DNA of 64,000 bases from Candidatus Bathyarchaeota archaeon (GTDB taxonomy: Archaea > Thermoproteota > Bathyarchaeia > TCS64). Location: positions 6,142 through 70,141 of the forward strand of contig JADHWN010000006.1 of assembly GCA_016783455.1 (NCBI GenBank). The letters run 5' to 3'. The position numbers and the translations under genes are program-made. Under the pieces are notes generated by a model. That model did no database searches and had not been told where the DNA came from. It saw only the letters and a list, made by a program, of their open reading frames with translations. Below, in pieces: positions 8,978-17,741 of the stretch (position 1 is its first letter; every line of letters starts with the position of its first letter).

Positions 8978-9130
8978 TGCCCTCTGTTCCCCATTAAATT
9001 ATTACTGTCAGTTTCTAGTATAAACTTTCTGCAGCATTCATAGTGTATTATAAACATTATCCCCGTGAATATTGGATGGTTTTTATTAGAGTAAATCACA
9101 TGTGAACTGCGCGCGCGTAAAAAAGGGGGA

Positions 9131-9664
9131 TTACTTTTCAGATACAGTGTAATAGACGTGGTTCTTCTGGACGATGGGGCGTGCAACCAGGACGTCGAGG
9201 CTCTCCCCCTTCATAACCCCCTCGTTGACGGTCGTCGCCAGGACCTCTCCGACGAAAAGCGTGTGGTCCCCGCAGGTATGTGTCTGCACCACCTTGCACT
9301 CCATGTGGCTGAAGCACTCCTCAATCCTAGGGGGCTTCACCTTAAGTGACGGTATCGGCGTGAGCCCTGTCTCCGCCCACTTGTCCACGTCCCTCCCCGA
9401 CTTAATGCCACAGTAGTGCATCTGCTCCTCAAGGGCTATGGACGGCGTGTTGATCACGAACTCCCCGTTCTCCTCGATGAGGCTGTGGCTGTACCTCCGC
9501 GGCGCGACGCCTATGCAGACCAGGGGAGGGTTGATGCTGATAGGCATGTACATCCCCAGGGTGATGATGTTGGGCTTACCGTCGTTCCCCACGACCGTCG
9601 CCATGACCACGTTCCCCGCCGGGCCGGGCTGAAGCCTCCTCCGCTTGGGCAGCTCCCTCTTCAA
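9131..9664 (-). CDS. Flavin reductase-like FMN-binding domain protein
   Basis: NIITLGMYMPISINPPLVCIGV..GEFVINTP..GDHTLFVGEV is the layout of the flavin reductase (split-barrel) family. Confidence 0.75.
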   Translation of the reverse strand: MKRELPKRRRLQPGPAGNVVMATVVGNDGKPNIITLGMYMPISINPPLVCIGVAPRRYSHSLIEENGEFVINTPSIALEEQMHYCGIKSGRDVDKWAETGLTPIPSLKVKPPRIEECFSHMECKVVQTHTCGDHTLFVGEVLATTVNEGVMKGESLDVLVARPIVQKNHVYYTVSEK

Positions 9665-9670
9665 CGTCGA

Positions 9671-10174
9671 CTACTCCGCGGGCTTCCCGTACTCGCCCCA
9701 GCTAACGATCTCGTCGAGGCCCTTCCGCTCCTTAGGGGCGGGCTCCTCGTCGGGCACACCGACTGGCGTCATCGCGACGACCTTCAGGCACTCCGGTGTG
9801 CAGAGCAGCCCCCGTATCTCCTCGTCCCGCCTGGTCAGCCCCATCCAGCAGGTGCCCAGCCCCAGGTCGGTCGCCGCCAGCACCAGATGCTCGAAGGCGA
9901 TGCCCACGTCGTTGCTGCACCAGCTCGGGGAAGCCTCCTCATCGGCGAAGGCCACCACTGTGACCGGGGCTTCGGCAGCCCAAGACTGCCTCCCCGCCAG
10001 CTTGGCCCTCATCTCCGCGTCCTCGACGACGATGAAGTGCCACGGCTGCCTGTGAGCAGCGGACGGGGCGATGCGCGCCGCCTCCAGGACCTTCAGCACC
10101 GACTCCCTCGGCACGGGGTCGGCCTTGTACTTGCGGACGCTTCTCCTCTTCTTCAGAACCTTGTCAAACTCCAT
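9671..10174 (-). CDS. Nitroreductase family protein
   Basis: LKKRRSVRKY..APSAAHRQPWHFIVV. It is the second nitroreductase paralog in the window. Confidence 0.85.
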   Translation of the reverse strand: MEFDKVLKKRRSVRKYKADPVPRESVLKVLEAARIAPSAAHRQPWHFIVVEDAEMRAKLAGRQSWAAEAPVTVVAFADEEASPSWCSNDVGIAFEHLVLAATDLGLGTCWMGLTRRDEEIRGLLCTPECLKVVAMTPVGVPDEEPAPKERKGLDEIVSWGEYGKPAE

Positions 10175-10258
10175 GATTATACCTCCTACAATTGGATGAT
10201 TATGTAGCCGGGGCTTTATTTACCTTCACTGGAGGCCGAGGAGGCCAGGCTGCGTGCC

Positions 10259-11578
10259 TCAAGCCCCGTGCCAGGGCTGGAACAGCTCCCCGTGCATGTA
10301 CTCCTTCTCCATGCCGTACCTGGAGAGAGGCTTGGTCAGGTGCCTCTGGGCCTTCGCCGGAGGGATGTAGAGGCCGACCTCCAGTCCACGGTCGACCACG
10401 ACCGGATGCTTCTCCAGATTCGAGTCCCTGTGTCCGCAGCGCCGGCATCTGTAGCCCTTCCCCCGCCCCATGGATTCCATAGTTCCTGAGCATTCGGGGC
10501 ATGCGGGGTTGACCAATTGGACGTCCTCTGCGAGCTTGAGGACCTCCATCTTCTCCAGGTTCAGGGTCCTCCTGGAGCCCTCCTCCCTCACCCCCCCGTA
10601 GGCCCTGACGGCATCCCCGGGGATCAGCTTCCTGACGACCTCCCTGAACGAGCCGGTGGGCTCATACGCCGCGCAGTCAATCCGCCCCGTCTCGTCGGAG
10701 AGCCCGAAGATGACGTGCCCCCCCTTGATGGTCCTGGGGGCCTCGGTGACCTCTCCGCTGACGATGGCGGGGCTGTAGGCCTCAATCTCGTCGACGTTGG
10801 ACCGATATCTCAGGTGGGCGTCGGTCCCCTGGTTCGACCTGAAGATGGCCCAGCGCTCCACGGGCTCGAGGGGCTTCACCATCTCGTAGGCCCTGTAGAC
10901 CGCCTCAGGGGTCTCCCCCCTGACGCCGTAGAGGACCGGGTCCGGCCCGTGGGGGGCGATGAGGACCCGCCCCGACTCGGGGTCCACGTTGTTGAAAGTC
11001 GCGTCGCATAAGGCCGCGTCCATGGCCCTCACGGAGCCCTCATCCAGCATCCGGGGGCTCCCACAGTTCTCAGGACTACGATATGTGAGCACCTCGAATG
11101 TGTGGTCCCCCCTCTGGAGGCCGCCGACAGCAGCCAGTGCGCCGATGAGCCCCCTCATGTTCTTGTAGCCGATGGCATGGCCCCCCGCGTCGTTTATGAG
11201 CCTCAGCGCCTCCTCCAGGGTCACGACCCCCTGGACCACTCTATCGGAGAAGTCCATGAGGGAGTCGGGGATCTCCCCCGTGTGGAAGACCACCCCGGGG
11301 TTGGTGTTCTCACACTGGAACTCGGCCTGACCCTCAACGGCGTCGACAACCATCTTCCTCACGACCCCCTCCATCGCGGGCTCGACCTCCATCCTGAGGC
11401 AGACCGCCCCGTTCCCCCGGGTCTTCCAGGGGACGTTGGGGTTGAGCCTCAGGAGGTTGGGGTAGTCCGCGAACATGACCCCTAACGCTTCCAGCTCCTC
11501 GACGAGCCTCGCAACTATGTACGTTGTGCAGCCCCCTTCGGGGGAGTCGGTGTCGTCGAGTCCGATGTGCAGGAGCAA
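10259..11578 (-). CDS. tiaS: tRNA(Ile2) 2-agmatinylcytidine synthetase TiaS
   Basis: N-terminus MLLHIGLDDTDSPEGGCTTY, typical of TiaS. C-terminal Zn ribbon CPECSG..CRRCG. About 440 aa. Confidence 0.85.
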   Translation of the reverse strand: MLLHIGLDDTDSPEGGCTTYIVARLVEELEALGVMFADYPNLLRLNPNVPWKTRGNGAVCLRMEVEPAMEGVVRKMVVDAVEGQAEFQCENTNPGVVFHTGEIPDSLMDFSDRVVQGVVTLEEALRLINDAGGHAIGYKNMRGLIGALAAVGGLQRGDHTFEVLTYRSPENCGSPRMLDEGSVRAMDAALCDATFNNVDPESGRVLIAPHGPDPVLYGVRGETPEAVYRAYEMVKPLEPVERWAIFRSNQGTDAHLRYRSNVDEIEAYSPAIVSGEVTEAPRTIKGGHVIFGLSDETGRIDCAAYEPTGSFREVVRKLIPGDAVRAYGGVREEGSRRTLNLEKMEVLKLAEDVQLVNPACPECSGTMESMGRGKGYRCRRCGHRDSNLEKHPVVVDRGLEVGLYIPPAKAQRHLTKPLSRYGMEKEYMHGELFQPWHGA

Positions 11579-11829
11579 TGAGGGTCCTCCCGAGAATGGT
11601 GAAGAACCGAATAATAAAAGGTGGCGGCATTCTTAGCTAGCCGATAATCAGCATGACCTAACGACCCTAGAGGGCTGGAAGCCTGTTTTTTCCCATTTAT
11701 GGAACCTTTTCCTAAAAACGGAAAAAAAACCCTAATTTTTCCTATTGCTGGTATTCACTTACCGTTTTGGCTAGAGAAGCCTTATATCTAAACAATGTTC
11801 CGTAATAGCATAGGAAACAGGTGGAAATC

Positions 11830-12069
11830 ATGAAGAGAAACAATCTGGATATCTGCGCTGACATCCTCCGGGTGTCCCGGGGCGGGGCGAAGAAGACCCA
11901 CCTCGTGTACAAGGCGAACCTCAACTTCAACATAGTGAAGAAGTACATCACTGGGCTCACGGAGAGCGGCCTTCTGGAGAAGAACGGCGAGAGGTTCTAC
12001 GTCACGGAGGAGGGGAAGCTGTTCATCGACAGGTATGACAAGCTGTCCTCACCGTTCCACGTGATCTAG
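11830..12069 (+). CDS. Small winged-helix DNA-binding protein (COG3432/HTH_45-like), short family member W1
   Basis: NLDICADILRV..GAKKTHLVYKANLNFNIVKKYITGLTESGLLEK. ATG 11830 is preceded by AGGTGG. The track ORF starts at GTG 11821. Confidence 0.65.
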   Translation: MKRNNLDICADILRVSRGGAKKTHLVYKANLNFNIVKKYITGLTESGLLEKNGERFYVTEEGKLFIDRYDKLSSPFHVI

Positions 12070-12081
12070 GAGGATAATGAG

Positions 12082-12198
12082 ATGAAGCGAAGGGTAATGT
12101 GCTACTTCTTCTCGGTGGCCTCAGTCTACCTGACCATGAGCTTCCTGACCCAGCTGTTCGTAAACATGGTCAGCAACTTCACGTTCTCGGTCATATAG
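12082..12198 (+). CDS. Candidate 38-aa hydrophobic micropeptide (MKRRVMCYFFSVASVYLTMSFLTQLFVNMVSNFTFSVI)
   Basis: Below the track cutoff. The ATG is 12 nt after the W1 stop, with TAGGAGGA as an SD 8 nt upstream. Basic N-terminus followed by one predicted TM helix. Confidence 0.4.
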   Translation: MKRRVMCYFFSVASVYLTMSFLTQLFVNMVSNFTFSVI

Positions 12199-12332
12199 AG
12201 GCCGCCCCATCAACCCTCGCTCAATGGGCGTAGGCAACGCGATTCCCCGTAATTTGTCTTATTCCCCTGTTGTAGTCTTTTCAGCTCTATAATTCCGAAA
12301 AGAATATTTCCTTAAGCCCGCATAATACACCC

Positions 12333-12890
12333 ATGCTGCCCGGATTAGAGACCATTGCCATCAGGCGGAGAACACAAGGTCTCACTCAGACCCAGCTCGC
12401 GAACCTAGCGGGTGTGAGCCAATCGTACATTGCCAAGCTCGAGGCCAACAAGATCGAGCCCTCCTACGCGAAGGTGATGGCCATCCTCGGGGCCCTTGAG
12501 GGCCTGGAGAGGGGGAGGGAGGCGAAGGCCAGGGACATCATGACCGGCGCGGTCATCGGCGTCCAGAGAGGCGACCCGGTTCACAGGGTCGTCGCCCTCA
12601 TGGACGAGTACGGTTTCTCCCAGGTGCCCGTCCTCGACGGGGACAGGCCAGTGGGCAGCATCACTGAGAGGACGATAATCGACAGGATGGTGAGGGGAGA
12701 GGGTGAGGAGCCCATCGGGGAGAGACCCGTCTCCGACCTCATGGAAGACCCCTTCCCCCAGGTGGGGGAGGAGGCCCCCATCTCACTCATAGCAAACATG
12801 CTCAGGGTCTACCCAGCGGTGCTTGTCCACAACAAGGGTGAGACGACGGGCATAGTCACCAAGGCAGACCTGCTGAAGGCCCTCACCTGA
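12333..12890 (+). CDS. XRE-type HTH plus CBS-pair domain regulator
   Basis: N-terminus GLTQTQLANLAGVSQSYIAKLE (HTH_3), then two CBS repeats (ARDIMTGAVIGV.., VSDLMEDPFPQV..). Confidence 0.8.
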   Translation: MLPGLETIAIRRRTQGLTQTQLANLAGVSQSYIAKLEANKIEPSYAKVMAILGALEGLERGREAKARDIMTGAVIGVQRGDPVHRVVALMDEYGFSQVPVLDGDRPVGSITERTIIDRMVRGEGEEPIGERPVSDLMEDPFPQVGEEAPISLIANMLRVYPAVLVHNKGETTGIVTKADLLKALT

Positions 12891-12944
12891 TGAGGCTCGG
12901 CCTACTCCCGAATAAGATGAGAATGATATAAAAAACTAGAAAAA

Positions 12945-13172
12945 TTAAACAACGATCATCGTGAGTGTGGATCTGACCTTATCAAGGCGCCTGATCTTCC
13001 AGCTGATTGTGTCCTTTAGATCCTGCATCGTCTCCGTCTCAACCCTGGCGATTATATCGTAGACACCGTAGACCATGTGAGCTTCCTTGACCTCAGGGAT
13101 CGCCGTGAGGTCCTTCAGAACCTCGCTTTCGGAGCTTATCTCAGCGTTGATCAGTACAAAAGCAGTCGCCAA
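12945..13172 (-). CDS. Stand-alone Lrp/AsnC ligand-binding (RAM) domain protein
   Basis: 75 aa: AFVLINAE..V...L..IPEVKEAHMVYGVYDIIARVE..LKD.I..KIR.LDKVRSTLTMIVV. No HTH is attached. Confidence 0.75.
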   Translation of the reverse strand: MATAFVLINAEISSESEVLKDLTAIPEVKEAHMVYGVYDIIARVETETMQDLKDTISWKIRRLDKVRSTLTMIVV

Positions 13173-13363
13173 ATTCTCTCACCTCGAAGAATTTAATCCG
13201 CCACGGGTACTTAACGTTTGCTGGCTACGAAAAAATGAACAAAATAGCGTGTTTAAGTCGAGTTTTTCGGGATATGAAGCGACATTACGAGGGACCACCA
13301 ATTCGATAATATACCCTTTTCATCAAGTAGAGAGAAGACGGGAAGCAGCAGAGGCTGATAATC

Positions 13364-14110
13364 GTGGTTGTCTTGAGAATCGCGGGGAAGCAGTTCGAGT
13401 GCGAGATGGCGGCCTTTGACATGACGGGCACGCTCATGGACGTGAAGGCGAGGACAAGCTCCCGAGCCAGGCTGAGAACGCAGACACTGGCGGAGCTCGC
13501 AGGCGAGGAGGCTGTCAGGCATTGGGCGAAGCTATCGGGGGTCGACACGTGGACATGGGACGTGGACGATGACGGCCCCCTCGCGAAGGCCCCCCGGAGG
13601 GAGGACCTCATCGTGGGCGCGACGGCCCTCTACCTGGCCGGTCACGGATGGCAGGAGGCCAAGGAGCTCGCCAAGAAGGCCTACGATGAGGCGGACAGGC
13701 GGCTGCCCAGCTTCTACAGGCCCACCCTATTTGAGGGGGCAGAGGACGCCCTGAGGAGGCTCAAGGAGGCCGGTGTGATGCTCGCGATTGCCACGAACGA
13801 TCGCAGGGCGGATGCCGAGGAGTCCTTCAGAGTGGCTGGCGTCTTGCCCCTCTTCGATGCCGTGGTGGGGGCGGACGAGGTCGATAACCCGAAGCCGTCC
13901 CCAGAGATGATCCAACTGGCCTGTGAGAGGTGTGGCTCCAAGCCTGGGAACATGATATACTTCGGGGATCAACCCACGGACATGCTGGCCGGGAGGGCAG
14001 GGGGAGTGAAGGCCGTGGTTGCTGTCTGCTATGGCTCGGAGCCTACCCAGGAGATCTCTGAGCTTGCCGACGTCGTCATCGCTTCCTTCGGGGAGGTCGA
14101 GGTTCTCTGA
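13364..14110 (+). CDS. HAD-superfamily hydrolase (phosphoglycolate phosphatase-like) with atypical motif I
   Basis: Motif I is FDMTGTLMD, motif II is AIATND and motif IV is FGDQPTDMLAG. The start is uncertain: GTG 13364 or ATG 13406, the latter directly before motif I. Confidence 0.7.
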   Translation: MVVLRIAGKQFECEMAAFDMTGTLMDVKARTSSRARLRTQTLAELAGEEAVRHWAKLSGVDTWTWDVDDDGPLAKAPRREDLIVGATALYLAGHGWQEAKELAKKAYDEADRRLPSFYRPTLFEGAEDALRRLKEAGVMLAIATNDRRADAEESFRVAGVLPLFDAVVGADEVDNPKPSPEMIQLACERCGSKPGNMIYFGDQPTDMLAGRAGGVKAVVAVCYGSEPTQEISELADVVIASFGEVEVL

Positions 14111-14161
14111 CCTTCTCTGCCGAGGCCTGCATGCTGAGATGACATAAATATCCACGGGTGT

Positions 14162-15703
14162 ATGAATGAGCGAGGGGTCGCCTTGATTCTGGATGAGGCT
14201 GTGACCGCGCGTGAGATGCGGGCCATCGAGATGAACACCGTGTACCTGGGGGTCTCCAAGCTGCAGCTCATGGAGAACGCCGGAAAGGCCGTTGCGGAGG
14301 CAGTGAGGGAGAGGTTCAGCCCCAAGATGAAGGTCCTAATAGCATGCGGTCTCGGCGGGAACGGAGGCGACGGCTTCGTCGCAGCCAGGCACCTGGCAGG
14401 CCAGGGCTACCCCGTCTCGGTGGTTTTACTGGGTAGACCCGAGAACATACGCTCCGAGGAGGCTCGCGTCAACTGGGTATCTCTTGTGAACATGACCGAC
14501 AGCGTCAAGATTACGGAAGTCCACGACTCCGCTGAGATACAGCCACTCAAGGCCAGCGTGATGGTCGACGCCCTAATAGGGACCGGTGTGAGGGGCGTCC
14601 TCTTATCCCCCTACAGGGAGATGGTCCAGGCCATCAACGGCGTTGAAGGCTTCAAGATAGCCGTGGATGTCCCAAGCGGCCTGGACTCCGACTCGGGTGA
14701 GGCAGAGGGCGACGTGGTCCAAGCCGACCTCACACTGACATTCCACAAGCCGAAGACAGGGATGAAGAACGCGGAGAACCTGGGCCAGCTCCAGGTCTGC
14801 CCCATCGGCATCCCACCGGAGGCCGAGACACACACGGGGCCTGGAGACGTTTACATAGCCCACAGGCATCGCGCACCCGAGGCCCACAAGGGAGACTTCG
14901 GGCGCCTCCTCGTCATCGGCGGGAGCGAGACCTACTCCGGGGCACCCGCGCTCACGGCCCTCGGCGCCTACGCCACGGGGGTCGACCTGGTCTACGTCGC
15001 CGCTCCCGAGACGGCCGCCTCGATTATCGCGAGGTTCTCCCCGAGCCTGATAACCGTGAAGCTCAAGGGATCGAAGCTGTCGCCGAGGAACCTCGGAGCC
15101 ATCGCATCCCTTCTCGACAAGGTCGACGCAGTCGCTGTGGGCCCCGGGCTGGGTGTCCACGATGAGACGGTGGAGGCCGTCGAAGCCACTATTGAGGTCG
15201 TGGAGGAGCATGGGCTCCCGCTGCTGCTGGATGCCGATGCACTGAAGGCCTTCTCCAAGAGTAAACGGAAGCTCAGGACCGGCGCCGTCCTCACGCCCCA
15301 CGGGGCGGAGTTCAAGATCCTCACAGGGAAGGCTGCAGAGGGGACGTACAGGGATCGGGGCAAGCTCGTCATGAAGGAGGCGTCCAAGCTCGACGCGACG
15401 GTGCTCCTGAAGGGGAACGTCGACGTCGTGAGCGACGGCGATGCTGTCCGCTTCAACCGGACGGGGAACCCGGGGATGACCGTCGGAGGGACAGGCGACG
15501 TCCTATCGGGGGTCGTGGCCGGATACTTGGCAATGGGGGTCTCGCCGTTCGAGGCAGCCACTGCTGGGGCGTTCATCAACGGGGCCGCGGGGGACGCCGT
15601 CTACGCCGAGAAGGGCTACCACATGCTGCCCTCCGACCTGGTCGAGAAGATACCCTGGGTCATAGAGGAGTCCATTCGTGGCAGGACGAGGCGGAAGGCC
15701 TAG
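14162..15703 (+). CDS. nnr: Bifunctional NAD(P)H-hydrate repair enzyme (epimerase YjeF_N plus ADP-dependent dehydratase)
   Basis: N-terminal half has GLGGNGGDGFV. C-terminal half has a carbohydrate-kinase fold with GGTGDVLSG. Confidence 0.88.
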   Translation: MNERGVALILDEAVTAREMRAIEMNTVYLGVSKLQLMENAGKAVAEAVRERFSPKMKVLIACGLGGNGGDGFVAARHLAGQGYPVSVVLLGRPENIRSEEARVNWVSLVNMTDSVKITEVHDSAEIQPLKASVMVDALIGTGVRGVLLSPYREMVQAINGVEGFKIAVDVPSGLDSDSGEAEGDVVQADLTLTFHKPKTGMKNAENLGQLQVCPIGIPPEAETHTGPGDVYIAHRHRAPEAHKGDFGRLLVIGGSETYSGAPALTALGAYATGVDLVYVAAPETAASIIARFSPSLITVKLKGSKLSPRNLGAIASLLDKVDAVAVGPGLGVHDETVEAVEATIEVVEEHGLPLLLDADALKAFSKSKRKLRTGAVLTPHGAEFKILTGKAAEGTYRDRGKLVMKEASKLDATVLLKGNVDVVSDGDAVRFNRTGNPGMTVGGTGDVLSGVVAGYLAMGVSPFEAATAGAFINGAAGDAVYAEKGYHMLPSDLVEKIPWVIEESIRGRTRRKA

Positions 15704-15739
15704 GGGATAGACTGGATAAAAATTGGGTAATATTAGATT

Positions 15740-16039
15740 TTAGATATCCCGGCTCTTCGCAATCTCCTCGATCTTGAGGAACTCCTTTCCCCTGTTGAAG
15801 TAGTTGATGACGTTCTCTCCCTTCTGGGTGATCCCGAAGACGGTGTTGGTCCTCTTGTCCCTGTTACTGGACGCGTCCATCCGATCGATCAAGCCCTGGG
15901 AGACCATCGACTCCAGTATTTTCTGGAGCGGCTTCCAGGAAAGGTTCGCCTCATACATTATACGCGTGGGTTTCCTGATCCCGCTCTTAATTGCCCATAG
16001 TACGTCAAGGTATATCTCAAGTCTCGATCTGCGAGGCAA
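15740..16039 (-). CDS. Winged-helix DNA-binding protein (COG3432/HTH_45-like), family member W2
   Basis: RRSRLEIYLDVLWAIKSG..KPTRIMYEANLSWKPLQKIL..DKRT..ITQKGENVINYF. Close paralog of 16208-16506 and 38974-39273. Confidence 0.75.
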   Translation of the reverse strand: MPRRSRLEIYLDVLWAIKSGIRKPTRIMYEANLSWKPLQKILESMVSQGLIDRMDASSNRDKRTNTVFGITQKGENVINYFNRGKEFLKIEEIAKSRDI

Positions 16040-16207
16040 ACTCTCACATCCCTTGCTCTAAGTTGAAAGAACTACAGCGGAATCCGTTATCTTCGTTTGT
16101 ATGTAGTTTGGTTCTACATTTTCGGTACCTAACAGGGACCAATAGGACTGATGAGTCACTGTAATTCATTAAAACTGGAAAAGAAGGTGTTTTGAAAAAA
16201 CGTTGGT

Positions 16208-16506
16208 CTAGAGCCTCGCCCTGGGAGTTATCTCCAGCTCAATGAGGTCCTCTGCCCTCTTGAAGTACTGGATGACGTTCTCCCCCTTCTGGGTGAGCTT
16301 GTAACAGTAGGTAGTCCTCTTGTCCCTGAGGTTCTTGGGGCTGTACTCCTCTATAGGTCCTGGCCCATGAGCGAGTCCAGCGTCCTCTGGAGCGGCTTCC
16401 ACGAGAGGTTCGACTCGTACATGATGCGGGTCGGCTTGTTCACACCGCTCTTGATTGCCCAGAGCACGTCGAGGTAGACCTCCAGCTTCGATCTCCTGTT
16501 CTTCAT
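16208..16506 (-). pseudogene. Frameshifted paralog (W3) of the wHTH family
   Basis: From ATG 16506 the frame reads MKNRRSKLEVYLDVLWAIKSGVNKPTRIMYESNLSWKPLQRTLDSLMGQDL and hits TAG at 16351-16356 (ctatag). The conserved C-terminal half (IEEYSPKNLRDKRTTYCYKLTQKGENVIQYFKRAEDL) continues in another frame, which is the track ORF 16208-16525. One nucleotide appears to be missing. Confidence 0.7.
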
Positions 16507-16755
16507 CTTTCACACGTCCCTTCAAACTGTATCGGCGTCATACACGTATACATTATATCGGTTTTCCGATATGTCCGCCATATACCCACTTGACACAGAT
16601 ATAAGTATTTCTGATCCGTATCCCTGATACATTACAGTAAACCGTCAAAAATACCTTAAATACAGTTATGGATCACTGATCTATCTTCTAACAGAGCCTT
16701 TTTGGACACAATCCACGTCCCATATCCCCCTCTCCGAGAGACTCAACGCCCCTCA

Positions 16756-17001
16756 TCAACGCCTTCCGTACAGGCTGATGAGCAAAGACACAGCTGAGAT
16801 TATAATCAGCAGCGGGGAGGTTGCGAAGAAGAAGCCGTCCCTCCTGTAGACCCACAGGATTATCCAAGGCACCCTCTCCAGGCTCGGCATACTGCGTATG
16901 ACGAAGGGGAGGGCGACCAGTATTAGACCGCAGGCTATCAGGACCAGCCCAAGGGTGGTGAACGGCCTGTATAGCGACTCCATATCCCTCTCCGATCCCA
17001 C
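16756..17001 (-). CDS. Small two-TM membrane protein (DUF131/TIGR00304-like)
   Basis: 81 aa with two hydrophobic helices (TLGLVLIACGLILVALPFVI and FFFATSPLLIIISAVSLLISL). The family is recalled from memory only. Confidence 0.5.
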   Translation of the reverse strand: MGSERDMESLYRPFTTLGLVLIACGLILVALPFVIRSMPSLERVPWIILWVYRRDGFFFATSPLLIIISAVSLLISLYGRR

Positions 17002-17090
17002 TCTCCTCTGTGAATTTAAGCTTGGATGGGCCCATCGAAATAGTTATAACGTCTTCCTCCTTCCCCCATCCAGTCATTCGGGGTATTCTG

Positions 17091-17738
17091 ATGAGACTCG
17101 TCATACTTGGGCCTCCGGGGTCCGGTAAGGGGACGCGGGCGAAGATAATCGGGCGGATCTTCGGATACCCGGTTGTCACCACGGGGGCCATGCTCAGGGA
17201 GGCTGTGGCCGCCGGTACCGAGTATGGCAAGATAGCTGAGGGATACATGAAAAAGGGGGAGCTCGTCAGGGACGATGTCGTCATCGGCATCGTTGAGGAG
17301 CGTCTCAGGAAGCCCGACGTGGAGGAGGGCTTCATCTTAGACGGATTCCCTCGGAGCGTCAACCAGGCGAGAGCCCTTGACCGCATCCTCAACAAGATGG
17401 GGGCCATCCTGGACGTCGTGATGTACGTAACGGCCAAGCCGGAGACCATACTGAGCCGGCTCTCCCTCCGCAGGTCCTGCCCCAAGTGCGGCGCCATCTA
17501 CCACCTCAAGGACATACTCCCCAAGGTAGAGGGCGTCTGCGACGAGTGTGGCAGCAAGCTTGTCCAGAGGGATGACGACAAGGAGGCTATCATACTCCAC
17601 CGCCTGGAGGTCTACGAGCAGCAGACCTTCCCCATCCTGGAACGGTACGAGCGGCTCGGCAAGGTCAGGGAGGTAAGCGGCGAGCTTAAGATCGACGAGA
17701 TACCAGGCGAGGTCGAGCGGGTCCTGAAGGGCCTCTAG
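17091..17738 (+). CDS. adk: Adenylate kinase, long bacterial-type with zinc LID
   Basis: MRLVILGPPGSGKGT P-loop. LID with CPKCGAIYH..CDECGSKL (4 Cys). I place the start at the internal ATG 17091 directly before the P-loop. Confidence 0.9.
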   Translation: MRLVILGPPGSGKGTRAKIIGRIFGYPVVTTGAMLREAVAAGTEYGKIAEGYMKKGELVRDDVVIGIVEERLRKPDVEEGFILDGFPRSVNQARALDRILNKMGAILDVVMYVTAKPETILSRLSLRRSCPKCGAIYHLKDILPKVEGVCDECGSKLVQRDDDKEAIILHRLEVYEQQTFPILERYERLGKVREVSGELKIDEIPGEVERVLKGL

Positions 17739-17741
17739 GCC

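Noticed and set aside
9416-10207. 263-aa plus-strand ORF
   Set aside because: Antisense to the flavin reductase and nitroreductase genes, both of which have clear family signatures. Its composition is R/P/L/G/D-rich shadow sequence.
16148-16155. CUGAUGAG, the hammerhead-ribozyme core-like octamer, in the W2-W3 intergenic region
   Set aside because: The following sequence cannot form stem II before the downstream GAAA, and no stem I/III partners were found. It also does not fit C/D-box sRNA spacing, since there is no CUGA D box at the right distance.
16351-16356. In-frame TAG in W3 as possible pyrrolysine or read-through codon
   Set aside because: Translation past the TAG in the same frame gives low-complexity nonsense (RSTAPRTSGTRGLP...). 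The conserved C-terminal half is in a different frame, so a frameshift, not stop-codon recoding, is required.
16688-17497. 269-aa minus-strand ORF spanning the adk region
   Set aside because: Antisense to adenylate kinase (P-loop and zinc LID intact). It is S/P/M/T-rich. The 81-aa two-TM ORF in a different frame (16756-17001) is a better explanation for the non-adk part.
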